Program-made: the position numbers and the translations under genes
Notes under the pieces: generated by a model
Databases searched by the model: none
What the model saw: the letters and a program-made list of their open reading frames with translations, nothing else
What the model was told of the DNA's origin: nothing
Source of the DNA: an uncultured virus (IMG/VR IMGVR_UViG_3300025771_003046)
Lineage: Duplodnaviria; Heunggongvirae; Uroviricota; Caudoviricetes
IMG/VR virus record: IMGVR_UViG_3300025771_003046
Length of the DNA: 64,000 nucleotides
Direction: 5' to 3' (one strand)
Shown here: one piece after another, positions 8,631 to 17,876 of the stretch
How positions within the stretch are numbered: the first letter of the stretch is position 1
Layout: every line of letters begins with the position of its first letter

Positions 8631-10550
8631 ATGAAAAAAAATGTTTATCTATTTCAACCAGAAATATCTTCAGGCACACGACCCGAACATTACTTACCGT
8701 ATAGTGTAGGATGTATTTGGGCGTATTGTAATCAATTTGAAGATATACAGAATAATTACGAGTTAAAAGATGTAATATGGAAACGTGAGCGACAAAAAGA
8801 CGTACTGGATAGAATAGAAGATCCGGTAGTGTGTGCTTTTAGTTGTTATGTATGGAATGAAAATTGGAATCTTACTTGTGCTAAAAGAATTAAAGAACGC
8901 TGGCCCGAATGTATCATTGTATTTGGTGGTCCAAGTGTAAACGAAAATTGGACAAAACACGAATTTATCGATGTAGCAATGTTCGGTGAGGGCGAAGAAA
9001 AATGGGCAGAGTTGTTACATAAAATTTTAAACAACGAAGCTCTAGATAGATATTGGAATAATCCGAGACAAAAAGAAATTGAAGATTATCCTAGTCCGTA
9101 TGTTACTGGATTTTTTGATAAAATAATTGCTGACAATCCTGGCGTGTTTTGGTTTATGATGTTAGAAACAAATAGAGGATGTCCTTATCATTGTACGTTC
9201 TGCGGATGGGGTGCATCTTATTTAAATAAATTAAAAACTTTTGCCTTTGAAAGAGTACAAGCAGATATAGAATGGGCAATAACTCATAATATACATTGGA
9301 TCTTTCCTATTGATGCAAATAGCGGTATATTACGAGAACGTGATGTAGAGATAGCACATCTAATACGTAAAGCAATATTAGATCCAAGAAGTAACATTCG
9401 ACGTGTAACATTTAACCATGCAAAAAATCTTAATCCAGCGTGTTTTGAAATGGAAAAAATAATTCAAGAATGGACTTATGGTTTAGAAGTTGCTATACAA
9501 AGTTTAAACGTTGACACACTAAAGGCTGTTAAAAGATTTAATATGGGTCTAAATAATATCGAAAAAACCTATGCTGAATGTAATAAACACGGAATACGTC
9601 ATTATACCGAACTAGTTCTAGGATTACCCTATGAAACTAAAGATACATATATTAATGGTCTTATGAAACTTTTAGAGTTAGGACAACATAACAGTGTAAA
9701 AACATATCTAGCAACTGTTATACCTAATAGCGAAATGGATGACCCTGCATATCAAGAAAAATACGGAATAAAGCTTATACATCCTAAAGACCTATATAGA
9801 CGTCCTGAAGAAAGGATTTGGGACGAAGAAGACGGTAGTGAAGAAGTAATTGCAATGGTTAGTGCTACTAATACAGCATCTTCACAAGATCTTGCAGATT
9901 GTTTAAGTTTTAGTTGGGTTTTAACTCAATTTCATTATGCAGGATATAGTCAAATAGTTGCACAATATCTTAACAATATTGCAGGTGTTTCTTATAGAGA
10001 ATTTTACGATTTTATGTACGAAGAAATAAAATCAGACGAATGGATCGGAGGTTTACAAAAAGATGTGGAAGAAATAATGCTTGCATATCTAGTAAACGGA
10101 GAAATTCCTCCAGAGAGTAAGTGGGGAAATATTGTAGCCCTTACGTTACCAGAAAGTTATGGTACTCAAGAGTTCTTTGCTCATAAAGATTATGTGATTA
10201 ATTTAGTAATTAAGATTGCAAATAAATTAATTCAGTTACCTAAGTGTATAGAAGATTTACAATATGCATTTATGAAAGACGAAAATAAAGAGTATCCGTA
10301 CTTTGTAAATAGTACCGTTGATATTGATAGATGGACTGAATATGATTGCGTATACGAAGTTAGAGATAGATCAAAAGTAAGCCATCAAACAGATCAAATG
10401 TATAAAAAGTTTTTACATAAGACCGATCTATATAATACCACCAATCCCTATAAGCACATAAGTACAAGTGAGATTACTAAAGAACAAGAAAAATCATTAC
10501 AGCCAGTAAGTTTAGTAGACAGTAAGGTAGAGGAAGGTAGTTTTCATTGA
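8631..10550 (+). CDS. B12-binding-domain radical SAM protein (long form)
   Basis: LPYSVG, FSCYVWN, VFGGP, GEGE, ETNRGCPYHCTFC, DANSG, ELVLGLPYET. Confidence 0.9.
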   Translation: MKKNVYLFQPEISSGTRPEHYLPYSVGCIWAYCNQFEDIQNNYELKDVIWKRERQKDVLDRIEDPVVCAFSCYVWNENWNLTCAKRIKERWPECIIVFGGPSVNENWTKHEFIDVAMFGEGEEKWAELLHKILNNEALDRYWNNPRQKEIEDYPSPYVTGFFDKIIADNPGVFWFMMLETNRGCPYHCTFCGWGASYLNKLKTFAFERVQADIEWAITHNIHWIFPIDANSGILRERDVEIAHLIRKAILDPRSNIRRVTFNHAKNLNPACFEMEKIIQEWTYGLEVAIQSLNVDTLKAVKRFNMGLNNIEKTYAECNKHGIRHYTELVLGLPYETKDTYINGLMKLLELGQHNSVKTYLATVIPNSEMDDPAYQEKYGIKLIHPKDLYRRPEERIWDEEDGSEEVIAMVSATNTASSQDLADCLSFSWVLTQFHYAGYSQIVAQYLNNIAGVSYREFYDFMYEEIKSDEWIGGLQKDVEEIMLAYLVNGEIPPESKWGNIVALTLPESYGTQEFFAHKDYVINLVIKIANKLIQLPKCIEDLQYAFMKDENKEYPYFVNSTVDIDRWTEYDCVYEVRDRSKVSHQTDQMYKKFLHKTDLYNTTNPYKHISTSEITKEQEKSLQPVSLVDSKVEEGSFH

Positions 10551-11725
10551 CACAATTTACAGAACAAGCCATTGATCAAATCTTTAAGTACATTGGTAAC
10601 AGAAAAATATTAGATCCTACAGTTTCACTTTGTCATCATTGCCATAGTCATATTCCTGCCTATAGGATGGAAGAAGACGGAATGATTTATCTAGTTAAAT
10701 ATTGTAATGAACATGGGGTTCAAAAATATATAATAGAAACTAGTGCAGAATTTTATTATGGTTTGATGAAATCTATGGAAGATCCTAGGTTTAATATGTC
10801 TGGAGGTTTATTAATAGAAACAACAGACAGATGTAATTTAGATTGTCCCCATTGCTATCATTTGCCTGATAACGATTCAGCAGATGTAAATAGACAAATA
10901 TTAATAGATACAATTAAAACATTTCCCATAGATAAACCAGGAGACGGTATACATAGAATTATATTAGCAGGAGCTGAACCTACTTTACGTCCAGACTTTC
11001 CACAACTGTGTGCAGAAGTAAGCGAAATACACGAAACTCTGCATCCGGCTGTAATGACCAATGGCATTCGATTTAATAATACAAGATGGCTTAAAGAATC
11101 AAAAGCAGCAGGATTAGTTTCTGTAAACGTAGGATTAAATCATCCTTCATACCATAATCATAAAGTAATTAGAAATAAACAAGAAACTGCAATTAACAAT
11201 ATCTTTGAACAAGATTTAGATATGGGGTACATTAGTTATACAATGATAGAAATGAACGAATTACCTGATATCCTACAAGAAATTATTAATTCACCGTGGC
11301 ATCCCCAAACTTTCAGAGTGCGCTTAGGAAGCGAAATAGGCAGAAATGCAACACAGAATGTTTATAGACTAAGCACCTTATATTATGCTGCTAAGGAATG
11401 GTGCGAAAAAAACAATAAAAGCTTTATTGATATAAACCCTGCAGATAACAATATCTACCATATGATGGTAGACATTGAAGGAAAAATAGTAAGACTAATA
11501 CAATGGTGTGACGAAACTAATATAGATATGGAAGAATTACGCACAGGGCCTTGGAATTATTTTGTTCCACATGATGGTATAACAAATTTCCTACATCAAA
11601 TAATACGTAGAGATACTGCAACTAACAAAGGTTTAGAACTTCCAGATAAAGTTCCTGCTAGATATAATTATAAACCTAACATCGAATACGATAAGTCAAA
11701 ACCTGATTTACTAAAATTGTATTAA
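10547..11725 (+). CDS. Radical SAM protein with Tes/MJ0619-like N-terminal metal site
   Basis: N-terminal CHHC-x20-CNEH, then IETTDRCNLDCPHCY, AGAEPT, MTNG. TTG start overlaps the upstream TGA and follows a GAGGAAGG. Confidence 0.8.
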   Translation: MTQFTEQAIDQIFKYIGNRKILDPTVSLCHHCHSHIPAYRMEEDGMIYLVKYCNEHGVQKYIIETSAEFYYGLMKSMEDPRFNMSGGLLIETTDRCNLDCPHCYHLPDNDSADVNRQILIDTIKTFPIDKPGDGIHRIILAGAEPTLRPDFPQLCAEVSEIHETLHPAVMTNGIRFNNTRWLKESKAAGLVSVNVGLNHPSYHNHKVIRNKQETAINNIFEQDLDMGYISYTMIEMNELPDILQEIINSPWHPQTFRVRLGSEIGRNATQNVYRLSTLYYAAKEWCEKNNKSFIDINPADNNIYHMMVDIEGKIVRLIQWCDETNIDMEELRTGPWNYFVPHDGITNFLHQIIRRDTATNKGLELPDKVPARYNYKPNIEYDKSKPDLLKLY

Positions 11726-11731
11726 CCATAA

Positions 11732-11739
11732 TATAAATA
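11732..11739 (+). promoter_or_regulatory. T4-like late promoter TATAAATA
   Basis: Exact TATAAATA 4 nt before ATG 11744. Confidence 0.65.
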
Positions 11740-11743
11740 TTTT

Positions 11744-12613
11744 ATGATGGAAAAAATAGTCATTTCAGGTTGCAGCGTAACTGCTGGTATAGAACTTTGG
11801 GAAGAAAAAAATATTCCAGAATATTCTAAATTATCAACACCTGAAAATCAAAAAGTAAATTTTTCACACAAAAAAGGTAGTGTTGTATTTGACAAATTAA
11901 ATGCATTTAATACTAAAAATATTAAACAGAATGTACCTCGAGAAGAAATTGTTGCGTATAACAAAAAATTTGCATATCCGTCATTGTTAAGTAAAAACTT
12001 ACAAGTACCAGTCGATAATATTGCTGAGCAAGGAATTTCTAACAAAGAAATTGCTCTTCGAACATTAAAATATTTTCCTAAAGATTATTACACAAATACT
12101 ATAGCAATTATACAAATAACAACCCATAATCGAATGTTGTTGACTTATTCTCAAACTGAAGCTGGAAGTGTTGTTTTACAACCTACTCAACCTATTCATT
12201 TTTTATCTAGAACGCAAAATAATATTTTGCAAGAATACTTTTTTGAGTTTTTTAGCGAATCTCTAACTATGCAAGAAGACTATATGTCTATACTTTACAC
12301 AATACATAAATTAAATTTAAAAAATATAATTTGTTATGTATTGCCGATTTCATCGTCTAAACTAAATCAACCACATGGCGAATATCATTATAAAGTTAAC
12401 GACAATATTACAATAACACATACAGATAATTCTTTTGATTTAAGTTCAGTAGAAAATATGTTACTTAATGATATGAATCATTTTAAATTATCAGAGCAGT
12501 CTTTAGAAGAAATTAGTAATTATTGCTATTTGCCTCATTACCATTTTTCACATAATGCTCATAAGTTAATAAGCGAACACATATCTGAAAGAATAAAATG
12601 TTTGCATTTTTAA
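11744..12613 (+). CDS. SGNH/GDSL-like protein (GCS variant), paralog 1
   Basis: ISGCSVTAG, GISN and C-terminal HYHFSHNAH, motifs shared with the 17866 and 24677 ORFs. Confidence 0.6.
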   Translation: MMEKIVISGCSVTAGIELWEEKNIPEYSKLSTPENQKVNFSHKKGSVVFDKLNAFNTKNIKQNVPREEIVAYNKKFAYPSLLSKNLQVPVDNIAEQGISNKEIALRTLKYFPKDYYTNTIAIIQITTHNRMLLTYSQTEAGSVVLQPTQPIHFLSRTQNNILQEYFFEFFSESLTMQEDYMSILYTIHKLNLKNIICYVLPISSSKLNQPHGEYHYKVNDNITITHTDNSFDLSSVENMLLNDMNHFKLSEQSLEEISNYCYLPHYHFSHNAHKLISEHISERIKCLHF

Positions 12614-12690
12614 AATCAATATATTTAAGAATTAAATATAGAAAAAAAATTAAATCTCTTAAGAAAAGAACAAGATATATTTATAAATAG
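12598..12690 (+). CDS. 30-aa highly basic peptide (not in the ORF track)
   Basis: MFAFLKSIYLRIKYRKKIKSLKKRTRYIYK*; overlaps the upstream gene and fills an otherwise empty gap. Confidence 0.55.
   Translation: MFAFLKSIYLRIKYRKKIKSLKKRTRYIYK
12682..12689 (+). promoter_or_regulatory. T4-like late promoter TATAAATA
   Basis: Exact box upstream of the AAGGA SD and TTG start at 12716. Confidence 0.55.
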
Positions 12691-12715
12691 ACTTGTTAAA
12701 TTTAAAGGAAAAGAA

Positions 12716-13387
12716 TTGTTTAACAATATTGCATACTTGCCAATCGACATAGAAGTTGATTTACCTAACGAATCTGAAATATTAGAACATTTTCATGCAA
12801 TAGGAGCTATTTCAGATCACATGCCGTGTGCTAGTGGATTATGGAAAACTTATCCTATATTTGGAAGAATGCTAAGAGACGAATGGAATGACGTCGATAT
12901 ATATCAATACCATAAAAAACATTCAAGTGTATTAATGGATAGCATTGGACAATACTACGATAGTTTTGATACTAAATTTCCGCAAATTGCTTCCGTTATA
13001 GATCAATTACCGTATAAACAACTAAGTTTAGTAATGGCATTAGAACAAACAAGTGATGTACCGATTCATAAAGATAGAGAAGATTTTGAAATAGTCGACG
13101 ATGATACAAAATTATTAGACCCAAAGCGTTATAATATACTACTTACAAAACACGAATACAAAAGTTTTTTTCTTTCTGAAAATGATAACGGTGATAAAAT
13201 TTATCCTAAAATAGATAAAGGTAATCCTGTGTTTTGTTTATCACACGACAAATACTATCACGGTGCTACAATGGCTGGGCCAGGAAAGGTCATGGTAGCA
13301 ATCGGTGGAATAATTGATGTGGAAAAACATAATGCGCTATTAGAACAAAGTTTTAACAAATTTAAAGATCAATCTATTACTTTTTGA
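12716..13387 (+). CDS. Hypothetical protein, possible Fe(II)/2OG oxygenase-like (DSBH) fold
   Basis: VPIHKD...YYHGA suggests an HxD...H facial triad. Confidence 0.5.
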   Translation: MFNNIAYLPIDIEVDLPNESEILEHFHAIGAISDHMPCASGLWKTYPIFGRMLRDEWNDVDIYQYHKKHSSVLMDSIGQYYDSFDTKFPQIASVIDQLPYKQLSLVMALEQTSDVPIHKDREDFEIVDDDTKLLDPKRYNILLTKHEYKSFFLSENDNGDKIYPKIDKGNPVFCLSHDKYYHGATMAGPGKVMVAIGGIIDVEKHNALLEQSFNKFKDQSITF

Positions 13388-13971
13388 CCAATAAGCATAA
13401 ATCTTTTATACTTTTCAGTTTGCAACTCTGCTTTCCATGTAACATAAATCTTACTCATTTCTACGAAGTCTTCTAAGTCAGTAGCACATCTTATATGCTC
13501 ATCTAAATCAAAATAGTCGTTACTCTGTAATACTATCATAGCCTGTTCTGGTATGTTACTTAACCAAGTTTCATACTGCTGTTGATTAATATGTTCACAA
13601 CTTGTGTTGATTACTAAATGTGCATCGTACTTGTAGTTGCACATGTCAGCGGTTACTGCTTTGAATTTGCCTTCCATTTCATAACGCTTGTTTACAGTGT
13701 TTGCAATTTCTTCGCAAGTAGGATCTATATCAACGCTAATAATACTTTTAATATCCGGACGAGCATTAAAAAGAATACTTGCCAACACTCCGTTCCACCC
13801 TCCGAATATTACTATATCTTTTAAACCTATGTACCAATTGTTTAAATGATCACTAAGCCAAACTTTACTTCGAACTTGTCCTTTCCAAAAACTTTCGAGT
13901 GTGCGATATCTATCTTCGCTATTACGGATTGCATCCATCCAAAACAATACATCTTCTATTTCAACTTTCAT
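13369..13971 (-). CDS. Class I SAM-dependent methyltransferase-like protein
   Basis: IVIFGGWNG, SVDID, VTADM, LVINTSCEH. Confidence 0.75.
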   Translation of the reverse strand: MKVEIEDVLFWMDAIRNSEDRYRTLESFWKGQVRSKVWLSDHLNNWYIGLKDIVIFGGWNGVLASILFNARPDIKSIISVDIDPTCEEIANTVNKRYEMEGKFKAVTADMCNYKYDAHLVINTSCEHINQQQYETWLSNIPEQAMIVLQSNDYFDLDEHIRCATDLEDFVEMSKIYVTWKAELQTEKYKRFMLIGQKVID

Positions 13972-14966
13972 ATTTTTACCTTAGGAATCTTTGAGTCAGC
14001 ACTGCTTACACAAGTATCAGTAACACATTTAGATGGTGCCTTAAACAGCGTAAAACCGTCTTGTAGTGTGCCTAACGGTTCTTCACTACAACTATAACTC
14101 CGCTTTACTTCATTACCTCTTATAACGCATCCTTGATATCCTGCATTACAAGTCCATCCTTTAAACTTATTAAAACCAAAGGCATTGAATCGCTCGGCTT
14201 GATCAACATTATATATGTTACCTGCATCATCTTGTAATTCTACTTGGTATAAAGGAATTATTTTTTTATATCTATCTGGGATTCTTTGGGGGAATCCTGT
14301 TTGCATCTGTCTAAGTTGGCTTGGTGTATATCCATGTACCACGAAGGAGGCAGTGGGGTCGGATTGTGGTTTGAGAGTGACATTAATACCTCGGGCGGCA
14401 AATCGTTCACAGCGTTCGTAAAGTTCCTCAAACCTTTCTGGCACCATGACTTGATTGATTGTAACAAATACTTCATTATCAGCTAATAAGAGACACTTAT
14501 CTCCAAACTCCTGTTCATTAGCAAACTCAGCGTGGTAACTCGCTGTGATGCTTTTTCTTTGCAGTGTGTCTGTGTTAAGTATCCACTTGTTCCACCATTT
14601 CACACCTGGTGATAGATTTGTGGTCATATGAATACTTTGGTATTCGGGTGCTGTATCCCTACAGTAATGATCTATGATCTCCCCAAAGTATTTATACGCT
14701 GTAGGCTCGCCTCCGCTGAACGAAAAATGAAAATCTGTAAAACCGTTGTCTCTTGCCTGTGCCTTGATACTATCTAGTGTGTGTAAGTACAATTCTAGAT
14801 CTTGGTGGTCAGGGGTACTAGATCTAGCGTATGGCCAGCAATAACTGCATGAATAATTACAAAATCTAGCCAGTATCCAAGAAACTGTGAAAAGATGGCT
14901 CTTTAGGAGTGTCTTCTGTCCAAATTGGGTAATTTTATCCCAGGGTATTGTTTGAAAATTGTTCAT
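13968..14966 (-). CDS. Radical SAM protein with C-terminal Twitch/SPASM-like Cys cluster
   Basis: FCNYSCSYCW, FSGGEPT, MTTN, and C-terminal CNAG...C...C...C. Start taken at ATG 14966. Confidence 0.88.
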   Translation of the reverse strand: MNNFQTIPWDKITQFGQKTLLKSHLFTVSWILARFCNYSCSYCWPYARSSTPDHQDLELYLHTLDSIKAQARDNGFTDFHFSFSGGEPTAYKYFGEIIDHYCRDTAPEYQSIHMTTNLSPGVKWWNKWILNTDTLQRKSITASYHAEFANEQEFGDKCLLLADNEVFVTINQVMVPERFEELYERCERFAARGINVTLKPQSDPTASFVVHGYTPSQLRQMQTGFPQRIPDRYKKIIPLYQVELQDDAGNIYNVDQAERFNAFGFNKFKGWTCNAGYQGCVIRGNEVKRSYSCSEEPLGTLQDGFTLFKAPSKCVTDTCVSSADSKIPKVKI

Positions 14967-15621
14967 ACAACCAATCAAAATCATTTATTCTACGCAAATC
15001 TTGCGGTGATTGTGCGTGTTTTTCTCCGTATTCTCTGCCTTCTTGGGCGCCGCGTTTTGCTTCATTTCTATAAAGTGCATCTGAAATAGGATTTAGCCAC
15101 GCCGCCAATCGGTCTTCAGTTTCAATATTAAGTTGTCCTTGTATAGACTTACTTGATAATTTTGCACATTCTCTAAATGCACTTTTCCAAGTGTTAAACG
15201 GATCTGTATTAAATGCAGTAATGTTACTTATTTCGTTCATTACTCGAAAATTGTCGCTAATACTTGTAGTCATGTCAGGCTTACTTGTATCCATGTTTAT
15301 TGTCATACGTCTAGGAAAAAGTTTTACACCGCCGTAGCCGTACTCTAAACCATTTATAGGATTCTTACTGCGCCAAACGTGTACATGATCTAACTGATGA
15401 TCTGGAACTTCATAATCAAAATTAAAGGAATCTAAAACCTGTGCATCACCGTCAACAATCCAAAACATTTTAGTAAAACATTTCTTTGCAGCAGCAATGT
15501 GTGCCTGATGTATTCCTTTTACTCCGTCAACAGGCTTAGTCATAGGAAATCGTTCTTTTAGTGCAGCATAATTTTCAGCAGCATTAGGTTCTTTATAACT
15601 TATAAAAACAATGTCATACAT
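14935..15621 (-). CDS. Putative GT-A fold glycosyltransferase (paralog of the 28658 ORF)
   Basis: YDIVFISYKEPNA, GIHQAH, WIVDGD (DxD), YGYGGVKL, AFRECAK. Confidence 0.7.
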   Translation of the reverse strand: MYDIVFISYKEPNAAENYAALKERFPMTKPVDGVKGIHQAHIAAAKKCFTKMFWIVDGDAQVLDSFNFDYEVPDHQLDHVHVWRSKNPINGLEYGYGGVKLFPRRMTINMDTSKPDMTTSISDNFRVMNEISNITAFNTDPFNTWKSAFRECAKLSSKSIQGQLNIETEDRLAAWLNPISDALYRNEAKRGAQEGREYGEKHAQSPQDLRRINDFDWLYEQFSNNTLG

Positions 15622-15901
15622 CAAATATCCAGTCAGCTTTGTCGTCTACCCACACATCATAATGAGGTTTTTGCATCCACAAATTATGATACTTAACTCC
15701 CCAAGAAAACAACTGTTCTTTAGTTAATGCTGTCCAGTCTATACCTGAATTAGCTCCTCGGGCTGTCCAATAAACTATTGTATGTCCGTCCATATATAAT
15801 TCGTTAATCTTAGTTATATGTTCGTAGTTAGGTTTTGAGTTATAGTAATCACTGTCTTTAGTGTAGCATATTGTTCCGTCAATGTCAACTACATATTTCA
15901 T
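15614..15901 (-). CDS. Small HAD-family phosphatase (capsule-biosynthesis phosphatase-like)
   Basis: VDIDGT (DxD), WTARG, KP..D.WVDDK. Confidence 0.85.
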   Translation of the reverse strand: MKYVVDIDGTICYTKDSDYYNSKPNYEHITKINELYMDGHTIVYWTARGANSGIDWTALTKEQLFSWGVKYHNLWMQKPHYDVWVDDKADWIFDV

Positions 15902-16257
15902 TTTTGACTATCTCCTTTGGCAACTCTGTAATTATCTTCAACACTGTCTGGTGTACTAACCTCTACTAGTGTACCTGCTTCTAAACAAATTATTTGATGC
16001 GGTAGCAATGGAGGATTATGCCACGAATCTCCTACACGTAATTCATGTACCTCTATATCAGCTGTTCTAGTATCAATCGTACGGACTTCAAAATGTCCTG
16101 ATAGTACATGCCAAGTTTCGTCCTTTTCTCGATGAAAATGCATACTAAACTTTGCACCTGTGTTAAAATTTAATAACTTACCGCAGTATAAGTCGTTAGT
16201 AGCAAATATTAATTCACTACCCCAACCCTTTTCTACATGTCCTTTTAGTCTTTGCAT
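15898..16257 (-). CDS. Cupin, sugar/mannose-6-phosphate isomerase-like
   Basis: KGWGSE, SMHFHREKDETW, PLLPHQ, EVST. Confidence 0.8.
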   Translation of the reverse strand: MQRLKGHVEKGWGSELIFATNDLYCGKLLNFNTGAKFSMHFHREKDETWHVLSGHFEVRTIDTRTADIEVHELRVGDSWHNPPLLPHQIICLEAGTLVEVSTPDSVEDNYRVAKGDSQK

Positions 16258-17012
16258 ATTTCTTCCAATCTCGGAGCATATACGCCTCTATGTTGTACAG
16301 AAATTTGGCTAGACTTTATTGCAAATTCTATTGCCTTTTCTTTATTATCAGTTAACATATAATATGTAACAAAGGCTGCAAAAAAACTATCTCCTGCACC
16401 GGTTACATCGGCTATTTCTATTGGTTCTACATGATGAGTAGATGTTGTTTTACCATTTTCTATAACAAGCACATCTTTGTCAGCTCGGGTTACAACTAAA
16501 CTTTCTGCTTCTGATATAGCATCATTATACTCATGTTCGTTTATTTTTACTATACAATTTCTAAATCTTGCAAGATCAGGTTTCTTAGTATCAATAAATA
16601 TCGGAACAGTTGCATTATTAGTTATTTCTTCTATTAAATCATAAGGAACTAACCCTTTGTCATAATCTGGTATTACTATACAGTCATATACGCCAGCATA
16701 CGACAACTTTACTTCTTGACTCTTAACCTTTTCATCAACTCTGTAAACTTGCCTATAGGATCCTTTTTCAATATACCTATGTTTGTTTTCTACAACATAA
16801 GTTTGCAAATTAATATTCTTTACGCCCAATGCTTTAAAGTTTTCTGCAACATTGTAACTCATGCCGTATGCACTTTCAGTATACATAAGATCAAAAATAG
16901 GCACAGGTGCTTCTTGGCTTATACGAGTTACTTTGCCGTAATGATTTAGATCACAACAACCGTCACCTATTATTAATACGTTCAATGACCTTTGTTGAAG
17001 AATATCTTGCAT
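16245..17012 (-). CDS. rfaE1: PfkB-family kinase, HldE/RfaE domain I-like (heptose-7-phosphate kinase)
   Basis: IIGD...G.VTRISQEAPVPI, DYDKG, DVTGAGDSF. Confidence 0.82.
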   Translation of the reverse strand: MQDILQQRSLNVLIIGDGCCDLNHYGKVTRISQEAPVPIFDLMYTESAYGMSYNVAENFKALGVKNINLQTYVVENKHRYIEKGSYRQVYRVDEKVKSQEVKLSYAGVYDCIVIPDYDKGLVPYDLIEEITNNATVPIFIDTKKPDLARFRNCIVKINEHEYNDAISEAESLVVTRADKDVLVIENGKTTSTHHVEPIEIADVTGAGDSFFAAFVTYYMLTDNKEKAIEFAIKSSQISVQHRGVYAPRLEEICKD

Positions 17013-17358
17013 CTCTTTCAAAGAAAAACAGTTCTTTTGCATATTCGCTTCCTATAACTCTTTTATTTACATAGTCTGATCCAACTATCATTAAATCTGG
17101 ACCATATTCTTTTACAGTACTTATGAGCTCGTCGTCTGTTCCAAACAAACTAACTTCGTCAATGAATTTAATGCATTCTAGCATACGCCTGCGTATGTCT
17201 TGGTTATTAACAGGTCTGTCGAAACCTTTGTTTACTTTTATCCTCTCGTCAGTATCTATTGCTACTTTTAAATAGTCGCCTTGGGATTTTGCATATTCAA
17301 ATAATGCCATGTGTCCCGGATGCAGTATATCAAAAGTTCCGTTTACAAAAATTTTCAT
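16963..17358 (-). CDS. rfaE2: Cytidylyltransferase-family nucleotidyltransferase, HldE/RfaE domain II-like
   Basis: NGTFDILHPGH (HIGH-like), KGFDRPVN, GSDY, YSST; adjacent to the RfaE-I-like kinase. Confidence 0.8.
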   Translation of the reverse strand: MKIFVNGTFDILHPGHMALFEYAKSQGDYLKVAIDTDERIKVNKGFDRPVNNQDIRRRMLECIKFIDEVSLFGTDDELISTVKEYGPDLMIVGSDYVNKRVIGSEYAKELFFFERDARYSSTKVIERINNR

Positions 17359-17876
17359 ACAGAATATAATTGCGGATATTCTAACATTAGATGCATGCCG
17401 CCCTTCTCGTATGCGTTTTTATATACATCAAATATCTGTTCGCTAGATGTAAATTCATAAAATGTTGTGTTTGGACATAACGACTTAAATTGTTCAAAAT
17501 AATTACCCTTATGTTGATGTCCGGGATCTAATGGCTCATCGGCGCCTTTGCCTACTCTAATAATAACCGTAGCTGTGCTTCCTGTCATCAGTTCATACTT
17601 ATCTATATGGTTAACAAGTTGATTTGTTGCACTTATTAAGAAGTCCCATCTAGGATAAATGGTAACTACTTTCATTCCGGTCATTGCCATACCTAGACTT
17701 ATCCCCATTTGAACTTCTTCCATTACTGGAGTTTCTATCATTTTATCTTTGTTGACATTATCGAGTGTAGCACTCATTGGATTACCAGGAAAAACAATTT
17801 GTTGTCCGATAAACTTTGTATCATTTTTATCACCTAAAAAGGTCATTGCCTTTGTTAGTTCTTCTTTATAACTCAT
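17355..17876 (-). CDS. TPP-dependent enzyme beta subunit (PYR domain only; PDH E1beta/transketolase-like)
   Basis: FIGQ, IETPVMEEVQMGISLGMAMTG, DFLISATNQLVN, PGHQH. Confidence 0.85.
   Translation of the reverse strand: MSYKEELTKAMTFLGDKNDTKFIGQQIVFPGNPMSATLDNVNKDKMIETPVMEEVQMGISLGMAMTGMKVVTIYPRWDFLISATNQLVNHIDKYELMTGSTATVIIRVGKGADEPLDPGHQHKGNYFEQFKSLCPNTTFYEFTSSEQIFDVYKNAYEKGGMHLMLEYPQLYSV

Noticed and set aside
13968..14966. Viperin-like antiviral radical SAM
   Set aside because: The resemblance is limited to CNYxCxxC and SGGEP. Viperin-specific motifs (N.HFTR, SY...D) are missing and it has a Twitch-like Cys tail.
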